This document shows, piece after piece, positions 1-14,800 of a stretch of 64,000 nucleotides of DNA. The stretch's first letter is position 1. Every line of letters starts with the position of its first letter. A program made the translations under genes and the position numbers. Under the pieces are notes generated by a model. The model was not told where the DNA came from and ran no database searches. It was given only the letters and a program-made list of their open reading frames with translations. The DNA comes from Balanoglossus misakiensis (Eukaryota; Animalia; Hemichordata): contig CM082591.2 in NCBI GenBank assembly GCA_040954595.2, positions 1,897,745 to 1,961,744 on the forward strand. The letters run 5' to 3'.

Positions 1-2950
1 GCGTGGGTCGACCTGATTCGGCGGCACGGACGGGTGTTTAGTTCCACTCGACATGCATGTCCGTCAGTGGAAATTTGTCAAAGATGGTCCGCCAGAACCT
101 GGTCGCATCTTCTCCCTTCACTGCACTACTATCAGCTGCAATGATTGTAGAGGATGCTGCTAGGTTGACGAGAGCTGTGAACACACCAGTCAACCTATAC
201 CCGATATAATCATTGCAACTAAGCTACTATCAACATCAATCGCCTCCCCACCTTCCCTGAACGATATCGACCACTGTAAATTTAATTTCACATAGTTCCA
301 ATCGTCAACGTGAACGTAGTTAGTGTAAGAGCCCCTCCTTATGTGCACGCACTTACAGGGGAAGCCAATAAGTACTGCGTTGACTGGGCCGTCTTCTTGC
401 AGGCGTTTAATATGCAAGACCAGTGACCACCCATCCATTCTCGGGGAGTCAGAGAAAACGAGCGCGACAGCAGCTAACAAAGTAGTTACATCACGCGAAA
501 CAACCCGCTGTATGAAAGCGATCCGATCAAAGCAATTCCACTGTATTGTCTGTTTGTGTGTATACGACTGAAGTTCCGCGATCACAGAGTAAACGGGGAA
601 CAACCCAGCAGACAATTTGTATTAATGCGCAGTCAAGACACGCACCATTGATTATGACCAAACCGAGGCCGTGACGTATATAGGCCTACGACGCACCGCC
701 GCGATTTCGGCGAAAAACCGTCAACGCGTCGGTACTTTCCAAAAGCAACAGGCACCCCGAATGCCAAACGACAACTTTCTCGTTGCTTCTCACAAACAAA
801 CACACAAACAAAAACAACTTTCGCCATATCATCCTTCAGCCCACTCCATTTGCCTTGATTTGAGCCACGTGTCTCCAAAAAACGGCTGCTTTGGTGTCGC
901 CAAGCTACGGGCGGCTGACGCGGCAACCGTTGTCAAGGAAACGGTGGCAGTGACCTTCAGACCGCTACAGCCATACTCTCTCGCCTATTGACTCAAAATC
1001 GTCAGTAGCTTTCACATAGTCACCAATTTCTATCAAAGGCAATGGTGACACACACTATTGGAGAACGGCTTGCCTTCGCCTGAGGACAATATATGGAGTC
1101 ACAAAGGTATTAAGGCAAGGCCGATTCAATAGACCTCCTTAACCTATGTCTCAATTTATTTTTTTCTTAAAAGTGAAGTCTGTACGTGATGTGTTTTCGT
1201 TTCACGTCTGTGACGTCACACCCTCGCAAGTGTAGTTTACCTACCCCGAAAACCATGACATCATAGATAATGGTGTTGAGGTTCTCTTTCGCTTGAAGTG
1301 TGCGAACTGGTCATTGGAAAATTATTGGAACATTTGACTACTTAGCCAGAATGTGCTGGACATTACTGTGTTAGTGATTTCAGGTGAACAACTTGTCGAA
1401 GTTTACTCAAACTACGACAAAAAAAACAACAACAAAAAAACACAAATGTAAAAGAACCGCATCGCAAAGATTGTGAAGTGTTTTGCAACCAGCTTCACTT
1501 CTATTGTCCATTTCGATGTTTGCGGACTTTTTTGTGTCCGTTTCTTGCTACAAGATATGTTTCAAAGACACCCACACAAATTTCTCTCGGTAGATTTATT
1601 CATATGTTATAATTATGGTTTTTTGTTCCGCCGTTGCTTTCGTCTCGCGCTGCAGTGCCTGCTTCAGCGCACGCTTTCAAGGCAAGGACTATACTCACCG
1701 CGTCGGCTTTGTCCTGGCGTCCCGGCACTACCGCGTCTGACGTCACCTTTGCCATAGCAACACCAAGAAGCTTGTGGAAACCTGTTCTTTATCAACGGCG
1801 ATCCTGCAACAGATAGGACAGAATAAGATGAGGGGAACGATATGGAGTGGATTTTGTGTAATTATGGGAAAACACACGAGACGCGGTTTACCTGGAATTC
1901 GACGCGAAAGCCCTCACAGGTCAAGTTCGCGGCAAGAAACCACGTCTTTCCAGTAAGACGGTGGTAGATTTCTTGCATGAGGCAAGAAGGCGCCTAAGCG
2001 CTACCAATCCGGCCGAGGGGTGGGGTGGGTGGGAAACCAACCACGTGTTGGCCAGTAGTTACATGTACACTATGAGTGTACATGGACGAACACCTTTCCA
2101 TTAAAAGTCGAAGGCTTGTGCCAACAGGTGGCACAAGACGACTTGAATCAACGACCTTTGATTGGGTCAGTGGGTCGACTGTGAGAAGTCCTCCCACACA
2201 AGACCTCGCCTCACTTCAGTACACATTGTACACGCGTTAAGAAATGCACCGCAGCGTCCCACACCGGACGGACCGTAGCTTTTTATACGCACCAACACTA
2301 CAAGCGCCCAATACATGTACATGTACTCGAATTGCTATGACAGCGTATATGTACACCAAACTGTTAAATGTTAGTCAGAATTTTGTTATGAATCCCCACT
2401 ACATAAAATTGCGCGTGTGATACTCTCCGGACTGTCAAACCTATTGGATTCAAGTCGTTCTTGCCCTTAAATCGTGGTGAGATGTGGGTGTCTTGCAGAC
2501 TACTTTTGTTTCGTTAAACTAACCAAACAATTTGCAATATCTGTCTAAGCTCTATTATTGATGTACAAAAAACCCCGTCTTCTGACAGCAATTAAGTCAG
2601 AGCACACCTGAGGCGGAGATTTACAAAGATGAACTCCTCCATTTAATTCTTTCCGTTCTTAACTTGTTTTCCTGACGCGAGTCCAAAACTTTGCATCGTT
2701 TACTCATTGAAAACCAAACAGAAATAAGCCAAGATGCCACCATCTTAATCTTGTTTTCACGATAGCCAACAATAGGGTTAACGTAGAATTAGACTTCTAT
2801 TTTGCATTTCAAATATCGGTCAATAAAATCAACGAAGATGATTCCACTTTCTAATCCAAAATTGACCACGCTTTTAAGAGAGAAAAAAAGTTTTCCTTGC
2901 AAACTTCCGGATAGTTGACGTTGTAAGATTTTGATTTTCAGGCATGCTAC

Positions 2951-3007
2951 AATCAGTCAGTCAATCAGTCAGTCAATCAGTCAATCAATCAATCGATCAA
3001 TCAATCA
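2951..3007. repeat. (ATCA/GTCA)n simple repeat
   Basis: aatcagtcagtcaatcagtcagtcaatcagtcaatcaatcaatcgatcaatcaatca. Confidence 0.9.
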
Positions 3008-6000
3008 ACATGATCTGAGACGCAAAGGATGATGCCACGAGTATACAAGTCGCACTTTTAAATCCCAGGCCAAAAAGTCGCCTGGGGAGGTATGAACATT
3101 CAGCCTGCGGGCGGTGTCATTAACTCACTACCCCGTCTGCAAACGCCCATATTCAGTATGGTAAATACGCAAGCGCATTAGAAGCACTTGGAAAACCTTT
3201 ACTTAAGGAGGCTTTCATAGATGATGCCTTGGCGTAATACAGTGTGAAAGCCAATGATAATAACGGTAATATATCCTACTACGTCTCTTTATCTCAATGT
3301 CTGTCTGCAGATCTCATCACAAATCCTCTTTCTGGCCATTATACTGCTACCAACAGTTAATCTTTCACTCTGACCACTGATCGATCTATGAGGGTCTTGA
3401 AGAATTTAGAAAAACTCCAACATTATTTTGAACCCGAAGCTGTATTGCCTCAGTTGGTGTATAGATATCCGAAATGTGTTGGAAGATGTAGGTAGGACCT
3501 CGTGAGAAACGAGAGTCTCGTTTAGTCTCACGAAGGGGTTCGTGATTTGGTAAATTGCAGGAGAAAATGGTAGAACTCAAGCTCAAAATTGGAGCAAAAT
3601 TGTTCGAAAAAGGGATTTAGCTTTTGAGAATAGGCTTCCAAATCGTGAAACTAACACCCCCAAGAGTACCTTAATACATTTGTTTGTAAGAGGATTATGA
3701 CTGTTAGCGGGCGATTTTTTCTTTGTAATTCTATGTAGGTTCGCCGATGCATTGATTTAAGCGGTAATTTCTATGTCAGAGATAAATACGTTTGATTGTC
3801 TTCATTCTTAGAGCGACGTATGATATCATATGGTCAAAACGTTAGGTTTCGAAAACATGGTTGGTGACGTAACTCGTGATAGAACGGTATTTTTTGTAAT
3901 GTTCTGTTGGATTTGCTTGTTTCTCTTCATGACGGGTACAGGTCGTTTTTTAGCAGACATGGTATTCCCACGGCGAGATAATTATGATTTCTGTTCAAAT
4001 TGTTAAAAAAGACGCCATCCCACAATGGAAAGTTATGTAGGAACAAGAAGTTTTTTGGGGGCCCGGCAAATAAGCTTTCACGGAACTACACTCTCCAAAA
4101 GGCATTATAACAATGTAACGGTTCTTTTCCTTGTATGAGACGAATTTGTGTTGTTGTTTTTCCTTTGTTTCTGACCAGTTGTCTACCACTTAACACACGG
4201 TTAGGTTGGCGCGACAATGGCGAGAAGACCCGGGGTTTGGAGAAAGCGCGCACCAGAGAGGTGGGGGATTAAAGTCTCCGACAAAACGGGTCTGCCGCCT
4301 CGGGGCATCGACTTACATCGTCCTCGTAGTTTCTTCTGACACACAGCGCGATCCAGGAATAATTCGGGAAATCTTGTTAGTTAGTTAAGTGAGGTGGAGG
4401 CAATTAGCGACGATTTTTTTAGGCAACAATAGGGACTAATATAATGAGATTGCAAGGCGGCCAAGTGGGGCCTATTTTTGTTTTCATGAATGAATTGAAT
4501 GCATTTTTTTCGGGTTTTATCGTTCGCGATTAGCGTCAATCAGAGTGAGAAGGGCTTTATCGGTGTTCAATCCTGTCACAGAAGCCTATTCAAGTTCTAG
4601 TTGAGTTCTACAACGTTGTCGCTTCGGTGGAATGGATCTAACCGATGTCTTTCAACTCGAACGAACACTGTCGCGGTAGCCAGACAATAAAAAGCAGGGA
4701 AACCTCGCGTCGCCGAAACTTTCTTCGACTCCTGCTGTTGTTAGTTTTGTATGAAGAGCAAGTGGCTTATGATCGAAGGAGACGAGCGCGTAGAGACATT
4801 CAGATAAGAGCGACAGTTATGTGAAAATTCTCTACTAAGAGTCTCTTCACAATTGTCAAAGATAATCACACTTTATGTCGTTATTGTCTAAAACAATTGA
4901 AAAACAGTCTTACTGCCTTAGCTGAAGTTGTACAAATGCCCGCGACTATTCTCATATAACTGACATTCATTAGACTGCGCCGGCGTCTCCTGTTTAATTA
5001 CCGTGACTGATTAAGTCTTAATTAAAAACCACCAACCTTTGTTGTTAGCCGCTTGTTTTTACTTAATTAGTTTCGATTTACCAATGAATGCTTGAAAAAA
5101 GAGGACTTGGAAAGTTGTCTAGGAGTTATGAGAAAGGGAGAGCACGCGACCGAATTATCTGTTAATCCATGCCCTTGAGAAAAAAGGTTTTGTTTTAGTT
5201 TATGCTTCCACGGTCTCATGGCTTCCTTCAACCATACTCTTTGTGTTGACACGTGGAACATTCAGGCACATTATTTTGTTTTGCTTTGTCCTATCTTTCG
5301 CTCTTGTTGAGTATCTGTAGGCCCTCAATATCGACTAAATACATTATCACCAAAACATCCCACTCCATGCTATAGTTAATAACCGTCCGTTTAAAGACAA
5401 ACCCAACCAAGGCAGGTATAACTCAGGCTTGGGAATCGATTTACATATTGCTCGCAATCGCCTAATAAAAACAAAAAGACGCTTTAAGTCTCTTTAAGCA
5501 CTCATGTGCAGCTTATAAGTAGACCCTAATTGTCGCATATTGTCTTGGTTCCGCTGTTAACGCCGCCCAATTTTTTTTAATTAGGCGTTAACTAATTGAT
5601 TGGACATTACCGTGACCGTTTGACTCAACCATATCACCATCACCCCTAGCTGATGATGCACCCTGAGAAATCTGTCACGGCCCAAGAAAATACAAGAGGG
5701 CGCACTGACATTTAGGATGACACAGACTTCTAAGTTTCATACAATTTGAACCATGGGGTTCACCATCGTTTGAATATCCATTATGGACATTTGGGACTTT
5801 TGAATTCAAGGTTTAGCGATTTTTAAAACAAGGCATCCAAATGAACCGACCAATTGGTTGTCAGGGACATGTGTACAGTGCTGGAAAGTTTTTTTTTATG
5901 TCTACTCTAAAGCGGAAGTGATCAGAGTTTGAAAACTTAAAAAAGTGCCTGTAAGAATAAAAGTCAAAGCTGCAGTTTGTGCGATCAGTCACTTTGCCAT

Positions 6001-7873
6001 GTGCCGAGTCATGGCGCGATATGCTTCGGCAATAGTTGAATAGCTTAGCTGTGACCAATGTGAATGGTATAAAAGTTAGCATACCCTTCAGATCTGCAAA
6101 CACAGACGAAATCGAGAGCGAAGCGCGTGACTTCCTCCATGACTTAACTCGTGTTTTGAGAGAAAAATAAACCAACTGCAGCCGTCGGGCACGGCTGTAT
6201 TCTAGGCAAAGCGGCTTTAATTAAAATATTTCAAGGGCGATCCGTGTACGGCTGGGAACCAGGGGGTGTTGGCGATTGCTTGGCGATCAATAGCGACTTT
6301 CCCCGCCGTCAATGTGGAAAGGGTAGACAAATAAAAAAACGCGGCTTGGAAAGACAGTCCATCGGTGTAATTTAGTAACCTGGTTATTGTTTTTTATAAG
6401 GGTCTTCTTTTTATTCTCACTTTCCAGAATGAAGAATGCTGCACGCTTCCTTATGATGGCAGTGATCTGTGGTGATTCTGGCGTCTGTTCCAAGGTATCG
6501 ACACAGGTCAGTCAAGTTCTCGACAATGTCCCCCCTTCCCTTCCCATGGTTGCTCATGCCGTGACGACAAATTCTCTGTGTACAGTCCGAGCGATGTTCT
6601 ATTAGTTTGTCTGTTTGTCTGATTTTGTATACCTGTTACCTGAATCTTGGGATTTGTCAAAACTGATTTACTACGCCACACAGATGATATACCGCAACTG
6701 GTAACTTAACACCAAAATCGTGTACCGCAAATTATGGAAATTCTGCGGCGAAAAGTCGTGTACAACCTGTATCGTATTACTGACCAGAACCGAACGGGTA
6801 GGATTTTGTTTCGTCGGTGGTGTGATTCGCCCCCTCCCCTACCCCCCCTCCGATATGTCCTCATAACCTACGAAGTCAGAGCAATGTGGCGCAGCTTACT
6901 AACAGCGCCATTGGAGTGGAATTCCTCCCGGGGATAACCCCATTCTCTGCGCGGACACTTTTCCATTGACTACATTGAAATAGGTTTGCCTTTCTGCAGA
7001 CAGCTGCGAAGCGATCCATAGTCAGGGACCACTAAGGGAAGAACCATTTGATTTCTGGTGGGGGTGGGGGATTTTTGAGAAGAAAATGTTAGCAGATGGT
7101 GCGGAGGTAAAGTTCTTCTGCAATGCCTAGAGAAAAATGGACTGGCAGTAGAAATAAAATGCTGTAACAGTAGCTGAAATGTGTTTGCTGATGTACTAGT
7201 ACCCACATCCCCCCTTCCAGAAATCAAAGGGTCCTCCCCTGAACCCCAATTTGCCCATTTTGCAATCGCCGGCAGAAAAAAACGTTAACCGGGTCAAGTG
7301 TTTATACACCGGATTAGAAGGGAGTTGTTCGCTGTTTCCTATTCACGTTTTGTTCATGTATCCAGACCTATTTACAATCAGTCACTATTAACACAGTATA
7401 GGGTGCCGCGAATTGAAGAGTAGTAACCGGCTCTACGTCACATCTGTGATCGGGAAGTTCATTCTCACGTGGGTTAAATTACTTCCTGGAGTGGCGGCCA
7501 TTTTATCTTTCAAAGGTGACGTGCAGTCACCAGGAAAAGTCGCCACTAAGTGGTGTACTTCCCGCGGGGTCTCGCCCCCCCCCCCAGCACACTTATCTCT
7601 CGCTATTTTTTCGAGAATGGGTGACCTTTTTGTCAAGTTCATTTTGTCGGTTCTGCAATGAATACCAGCCTTACTTCAGACTGTCAGCAAAAGTTGAAAA
7701 TGTAGCAAAAATCTGACAATTTCAGCAGACGAGTGATACTACGGCTACCGTCACAGTATTTGTTAGGCTGGAAAATAAAACGAGTCGTTTTTAGCTCACA
7801 ACGTGAATGTAAGACAAAATCTTTTGTTCCAAGGTATCTGGTGCAATCAACACCCATGCATGTTGCACTTTAT

Positions 7874-7966
7874 ATGCAAATGATTAGTGGACCAATCAGT
7901 ATCCCTGTTACAATTTAAATGAAAAGTGGTGAGGGGACCAATCAGCATCCAGAGTGCGTATATAAA
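7874..7966 (+). promoter_or_regulatory. Candidate Pol II promoter (octamer, 2x CCAAT, TATA)
   Basis: ATGCAAAT at 7874, GGACCAATCAG twice (CCAAT at 7892 and 7938), TATATAAA at 7959. Confidence 0.35.
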
Positions 7967-8822
7967 GTTGCCTTTAGCAAAATATGTGGAAAACTCTAAG
8001 ACTTTGATTTCAAGGCGCATAGTACCTTAATTGAAATGGGTCTCGGCAAATCTCATCGGTAAATCTCCAGACATCGATCAGCGCCTTGAAACGACATCTC
8101 CTTCCCTTAATTTGACGATATAATTCTTGTAGCGTTGATCGTCTGTCAGAAAAACATGGCGGTCTAGAAACTCCATCAATGTCCCCGGAGAGATCTAATA
8201 AAACAGGAAACGCAGCAACCACGGTCGATCATATATGCATTGATGTCAACGCTGGGTTTGAGTGATGAACCATGGTTTGGAATAAACCAGAACGGAGTGT
8301 GAAGAAGGAGAAATGAATGACCATGTCGAGAGATTTTGTTTTACCAAATCATACAAATGTTTTACCAAGTTATGTTTTTGTTCGTACTTAAGTATGCATG
8401 TAATGACAGGCGGCTAGATAGGACGACGAAACAAGCATTTGTAATATGTTTTATGCCAGAAAGTAGCATTGTTGAAAATTGTACTCAACTATGTGTATTT
8501 TATCTCATCGGCGATGACGTCATGGGGCCGGGCAGCTGTGTGGCCTGACTGACAGAGCGAGTCAAACGACTTAAATCACCATGATTGATATTTGATATTC
8601 ATGTAAATATTAAGCTGGTTAATATAATGGCATCGGCGTTTTAGCCTATAATACCAATGTGCTCCAAATTATTTGCTCTATGTATTGATTGGAAGAACCA
8701 TATTGCGTGGAAGACACCGAATTAATAGGGCCAGCCTTTGTCGCTGTTACAGCTCTTGTATCTCAGATTTGTCATGTCTCATGCTTTTCATGTTTTCCAC
8801 CGCGTTTTCGACCAGGCGGTGT

Positions 8823-8851
8823 ATGGATGGATGGATGGATGGATGGTTGGT
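8823..8851. repeat. (GGAT)n microsatellite
   Basis: atggatggatggatggatggatggttggt. Confidence 0.9.
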
Positions 8852-11800
8852 TCGGTGGGTCGATGGCTGGGTGTTCTCAAGCTGGAAAGTGTTCACTTAA
8901 AATGGTTAGTAATGAACAGCCAAAAGGAAAGAGTGATTACAGTGCAAGTAATAGAAGGGTCGTCTCTCTCGAACCCGGATCTTCTCGAAATCAGTTTTAA
9001 TGCTATTTTTATTGGAAATGTCAGGAACACTGGACTCGTTATTCGGATTCAAGCGTTGCTCGTTGATTATTTACAACTTGCGTTCGAGAAAGTTAAAATA
9101 TTCCTCAACAATTCAAACTGGGCAGTTAGAGTGAACGATTTCTCGGTCCATGAAAATGTTTGTGGTGACGCGCGCGCTTGTGAGTTCAGATTTTTTTGTC
9201 ATTTCCGAGTGCACTGATATGACTTTCTTTTTCTGTACGTGTGAGGGCGCTATGTACTCGCGGGCTTGGATACTGCGCTTGTTTGACAATTATCCATCCG
9301 GTATTTTAACAACTACTTCCACATTCAAAAATTTCCAAAACACTCAACGATGAATCCGCAAAGTCGTCTGTTCCATTCTGGATGAGAAGTATTGACTCAG
9401 TTATTTACTGAGTAAAAATTATTAAATCATTAAAACGTCCATTTTGACAATATTTTACCTCAATAATTCTGACTGTTCTTAAACTCACTTACGGCTTAAA
9501 TTAAAATTTAAATCGCGCCGGTATCCTTTTGTGTTCAAAGGGAACAACATCATTGCTACTCAATGTGATATCAATAAACATTTTGAAATGTCGTTAAAAT
9601 CAGTCGACGATTAAAACTGCTGACTGATTTTTACGACAGTCCATTCATTACGACTGCCGCAATAATAGTTATTGATGGGCAGTCATTGAAAGTACCATAT
9701 TGCGGCCGTGAATTGCCCGTATGTTTCTTACATTATGAGCGTTCACTGGAAGAAAAGACGTGCAATTTTGTTGAGAGATTGAGCGTTGTTGGTGCGGCAA
9801 TTCAAATTCTATCAACGTGGCATTTCAACTGGGATTTTATAAGCTGTCAAAATAATGGAATATACTTTTTAGAGGGGAGATTTCTGAGGTTTTGAAAAGT
9901 TGGATTTTTCTATTGGTTTTATATCGCTGTTTCTGGTATTGGTGTATCACTGTAGTGTATTTTATTTATCAGTAAAGAGTCGAACAATTAACAGTTTTAA
10001 TTAATTGGGTCATGGCGCCAACTGTATTTCGTCAAAGCACGGCTCTCAGCCATCTGATTCTGGATTTTAATTTGCATGTTAGAGTCTAACACGTGGTGCG
10101 GCAACAGTGCTGCCATGTTTTTCGTTGAGTGCAGAGCGATCGCTTCGCCGCTTCTTTCTTCGCCAGTTTCAGCGGTCCCGGCTTCATGTAAGGACGGAGC
10201 TTTGCTCACCCAGACGACCACCAAAGTCGAGGCTTGTTCACAACAAACGCTCGGAGCATACTCAACATAACAGATGATAAAGTCAGAAACCACTCGTCGT
10301 GTTTGTTCAGAGCGAAGGTGAGTTTTAAACACATTAGAAAAATACTTGCCGGCGGGGGCGGGTCATTTCTTGAAAGCTAAGTTAATATTGACCGTGTTGA
10401 ACAACAGAGGGCGTGCAACTCAAAGCAACCAACAACAGAAGGCCAATTATAGAACAATCAGACACCTAATACGCCTTGGTAAAGCCTATTCCCGCCTTCT
10501 ATTTTCCTCTCATGTTTGGCTGAGGGCCAGTCGTAAAAATGGCGGGGTACCCGGATGAAAAGGACGTGCCTCAAAGCAACACAGCATTCTCATGAATAGA
10601 TGTATTCAAATTTTGCCGGTGAGAGCGTGTAACGAGAACCACGTATTTTGGATCAACATGTTTTGGGCCAGGTGAAAACCAGAAATGAAGGACGATTACG
10701 ATCACCGCAGAAACCCAGTCACGTGATATCCCCGAGTCATAAAATGGTTATGACCGAGAAAATTTGTAAACCTTTACAGTTTCTGCAATTTACATTAATC
10801 GCAGAGAAATTAAAATTCCGCCCATTTCGGTCCCGTGCTTTGTCAAATTCGCGTTGAATGAGCTGCTCGCTCGTTTTTCCTCTTATCAAACAAATTCCAA
10901 TTTCTCCGACATCCGATTAATTCTGGCCGCATCAATGATATCGCGAGATCTCGCCATAGAGATGACGCCATGATACCGGAACGTGACTTCCGCTACCATC
11001 ACAACACCGATAGGAACGCTGACAATTTGTCGCAGCGGATGTTTTGAACGTTAAAATTCCTTCTTTCCTCCGTTATCTTGAAAAATGATAGGTAGAAATT
11101 ATAATCGGTCATATTTTACCGAATTCATGTCTTTGTTAAGTTATTTGTTTGTGGGAATGGTATTGAAAGGAATTGCGATAGGCAAGGTGATAGCCATCTT
11201 TATGCAAATTATCGAAAAGTTATAAACACACAAACGTCTCATTCTTTTTTACCGATAACGACAAACAAAGGCCGTTAAACTTGTTCATCAAATTGCGAAA
11301 TGAAATATTATTGAGTAGAAACCCGCCAATTTCTGCGGGACAACAGCACGTGTTTTCATTTTTCGATTTTACAATTCAATCACCCCCCCCCCCCCACCTT
11401 TCGCGTGCAAGAGGGCGCTACCAACCAAAAATCGAGCACTTTGCCCTAATAAAACCTTTTCATGGAAATTTTTCTTATATTTTATGAGAAATAATTTATC
11501 ATTTTCGACTGAAGCACAAAAGAATCTGAGATGTATGCTACAGGCATACTGTACAAATAACTAAAACATATGCCCTCTACATTAGAAAAATTCTTCCTGG
11601 CGGCGCTCAAACCCATTGATTTGAGAAGTGCGCGTAAATTACAGACCTCATTGCAGTCGCTGTTTTGTTCTAAAATGAATAGAAACATATGTAGCATGTA
11701 GATTTAATGAGAATTTCTAATGCATCACTTGTTCATCTAAATACTACTTCACAGCAAAAATGGACCATCGCTCACCTAACCAGTTAATTGAGTATTTGTT

Positions 11801-14800
11801 TAGCGTAAATCACGTGACGCTTACAGGACCAGCTGGTGTCATAGAGGGCGCCCGAGGCTATGGTTTTATGGTGAGGTGTTGTTGGTATCTAAAACCGACA
11901 GGCTCAAGAAACGGAACGGTCCGCGCCCATCTTATAGTCACCCCAAAAACCCAAATAGCGATGTAGCCCGGCAAATGTGTCAGGTCCCCAGACGTCCCCT
12001 TTTACGGCAGCACAATAGCAAACATGAAATGCGGTCTCAATTACCTTTGAAAAGCCAATAAAACCGGCACATCTATTCATGGGATAGGCGCATAGCTAAA
12101 AGGCAATTTTGTATCCCCTTTCATGAGAAGTGAATTCAGCACTTACGAAAAGAGCATCTCTTTTCAGGTATATCTAATGAAATTGAAGATCGGGCGGCCG
12201 GAGGGACACTTTTAAAGAGAGGTATCACATTCCAAATGTCGGATAATTGGTCTTCTATTGTAAATTGATTACCTGCTGCAGAGGTAATTGTGTGGTTTAC
12301 AAACGATCTCTTGTAGGACACGATAAACATTAATTTATCCCCACAATGGGCGGTTTTTCTGCGAGGAAAACGTTTCTTGGCAGCACAAGAATGCCGGCGG
12401 AGGTGAGACTGACTTAACGTCTCTGTTCCCACTTTTCCCACTAACTTGACAATATATTTTGTTTGCCAACCATGGTGGTCATGCACATAGATGTGCACGT
12501 GGCCGGTGAATTATAACTCGTCTGTTGGGTTTGTACTCTGACTGAACAAGTCACCAATCGGTTGACGTGTGAGCGACCCCATTTGTGATATACGCTAACT
12601 TCGACAATCGCCACAGTGGTCATAATCAGCCACCGGAACAATAAATGCAATCTGGTTTAAAACGAAGCCAGGGTCTGATCTCTGTCGATAAATATAACAG
12701 TTGCCTCATTACCTGCAATGAAAGAGAACAAAACTGTCGATCAATTATTCCAGTAATTAATATTTTCCACAATTAATCCATAGTGACATATTTTACTCAG
12801 TAACGACTTACCCAATTCATCCAAAACCAGCTGTTACGTTTTGTAATTAATGTCACTCTCTCCATAAAGTCTTCACTGTTTTACACTTGTTGTTTTATTG
12901 AAATTGATGATTCTGTTTCCACAGGTGATGCTTAAACATATGTTTATGTTTTGTCCATGTAATAATCAATACTCTTTGTTTGAGAAGAAGTAATTAAAGC
13001 TCATAATGAGCTCCGTGACATTTTTCATGGTAATTAGCTTTTCACTTCGACTAATTAAATTTTGTCAATGAATCATGAATACGCAATGGTTAATTTGTTT
13101 TCTTCAAGCTGTCAGGGTTAATTATTTTGCTGAGTGGCACAGATCATATGCGGTTATTTCATCTGGGGGCGGACAATAATAACATACGGATTGGTGACCA
13201 TATCCATTAAAATATTGTTCATCTTTTGTATGCATTTATCCGCGGATGCAAATTACTTCAAATGCATTAAACAGTACATTTCTGCCGGATCGGCGTTTCA
13301 GAATTGCATGTAATGCCGACAGGGGGCGCTGTTGATATTTCATTCACAGTTTCATGAGTATACTGAGCGCCTTCAGCTAAAAGTGGTTTAATCGTGATAG
13401 CGCCCCCTATTATACACCAATGCGCATACAAGTGTGTTTTAAAAATTTTAATCCTCAAAAAGTAAACTCAGTTTTTCCTTTACTCTGTATGACCGAATCG
13501 TTGGCAATAACAGTAAACAGCTATTGTCGCTGTTTACTTCACATTTCTTCGTAAACTTCACACGACTTTCTTTGTTTTGGAAAATCAGTTTCCTGTCAAC
13601 AATGACAAACATCAAGTTGATTTTGATTTATACCTATGTGTGTCCGCAGTCACGCATTCGATTGCGCACAGCGATATGCAGAACGATCCAAGGCCAAGGT
13701 TACACCTTACGACCGCAAGTCGAGATTTCCCGGAAATTGCTTGCTGTTGTCCGAACACCGTGCACTTCCACCTAACATCCTGGGGTTGGCCGATTGGCCG
13801 GAGGTCGCGTGATGACGAAAGCAACCAGTGTGTACACATGTGGTTGTTTTCTTCCCGATATTAAATCTGAAAAGTGACGCAGTTCAAACTGTCCTGCCAC
13901 GCCACGCCATAGTTCAACGAACCCAATTGAGGTGAACTATTAAATCCAAGTGTGTTTGACTTTTGACAATCTTTTCTGTTCTGGGGATTTCGAGCGCGGT
14001 TTGATTGTCGCCTTCACGAGGGCGTGTATGAAACAGCCGCAGTATATATAGCAAGCATTGTCGTTGCGAACAATTGGATTTCAGTTTGAACTTAAGTGCA
14101 ATTGTCAACGTTGTCAATAACACTATCTGCCCAAACACAAGTTGCGTTGTCAAGCTGAACAATTTCAACTATCGCCGACCGAGCCTGAAATGTCATCGCC
14201 CACTTGCCAGTCTTTTTGTTGAAAAGTTCTGAAACAGGACTATCTTGAAATTTGGCGGAACGAGCATGGATATCGATGCATTCCCCCTGAGAGTGCCACC
14301 ACTAGAATTTATAACCAAACAATTAAACAAAACATTTTTGAACATTGATAATTTCATTTATAGCTAATTCTAATGCATTTTCAATTTAATAAAGTTATAC
14401 GACAGCGAACGAACTTTCATTTCAAAACAGCACCATTTTGTTAGTATTGTACTTGAATAATAAGAACTGAGGAATTATATCTGAGATAAATCTTAACTCA
14501 TTTACTTCTCCAACCCATCTGCAAGATTCCTAGAGTGTTCACTTCTTTGGCGTTAAGTCTGAATTGCCATTATATGATGGAGATTGTGTATGTAGTAATC
14601 AGTTTTGCCATTACAGATTTTGCTGTATGGAATTCCGCCCTCACATTGTATTGAATATTCAATATCCGTGCTTCGATGGAAGGGAATTGAATAAATAATT
14701 GGCATTTACCGAAGAATGTGTGTTGCATCTATTTCGGGTGTATCAATTATTTGTGTCGTAATTTTTTCTCGTTGTCTTGTGACGATCGAACCTGCGTAGA

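Noticed and set aside
8673-9217. Overlapping ORFs with MDGWMDGW
   Set aside because: Produced by the (GGAT)n microsatellite.
13321-13409. Inverted AGGGGGCGCT...AGCGCCCCCT pair
   Set aside because: Only 10-bp arms; cannot distinguish MITE ends, CTCF-like sites or chance.
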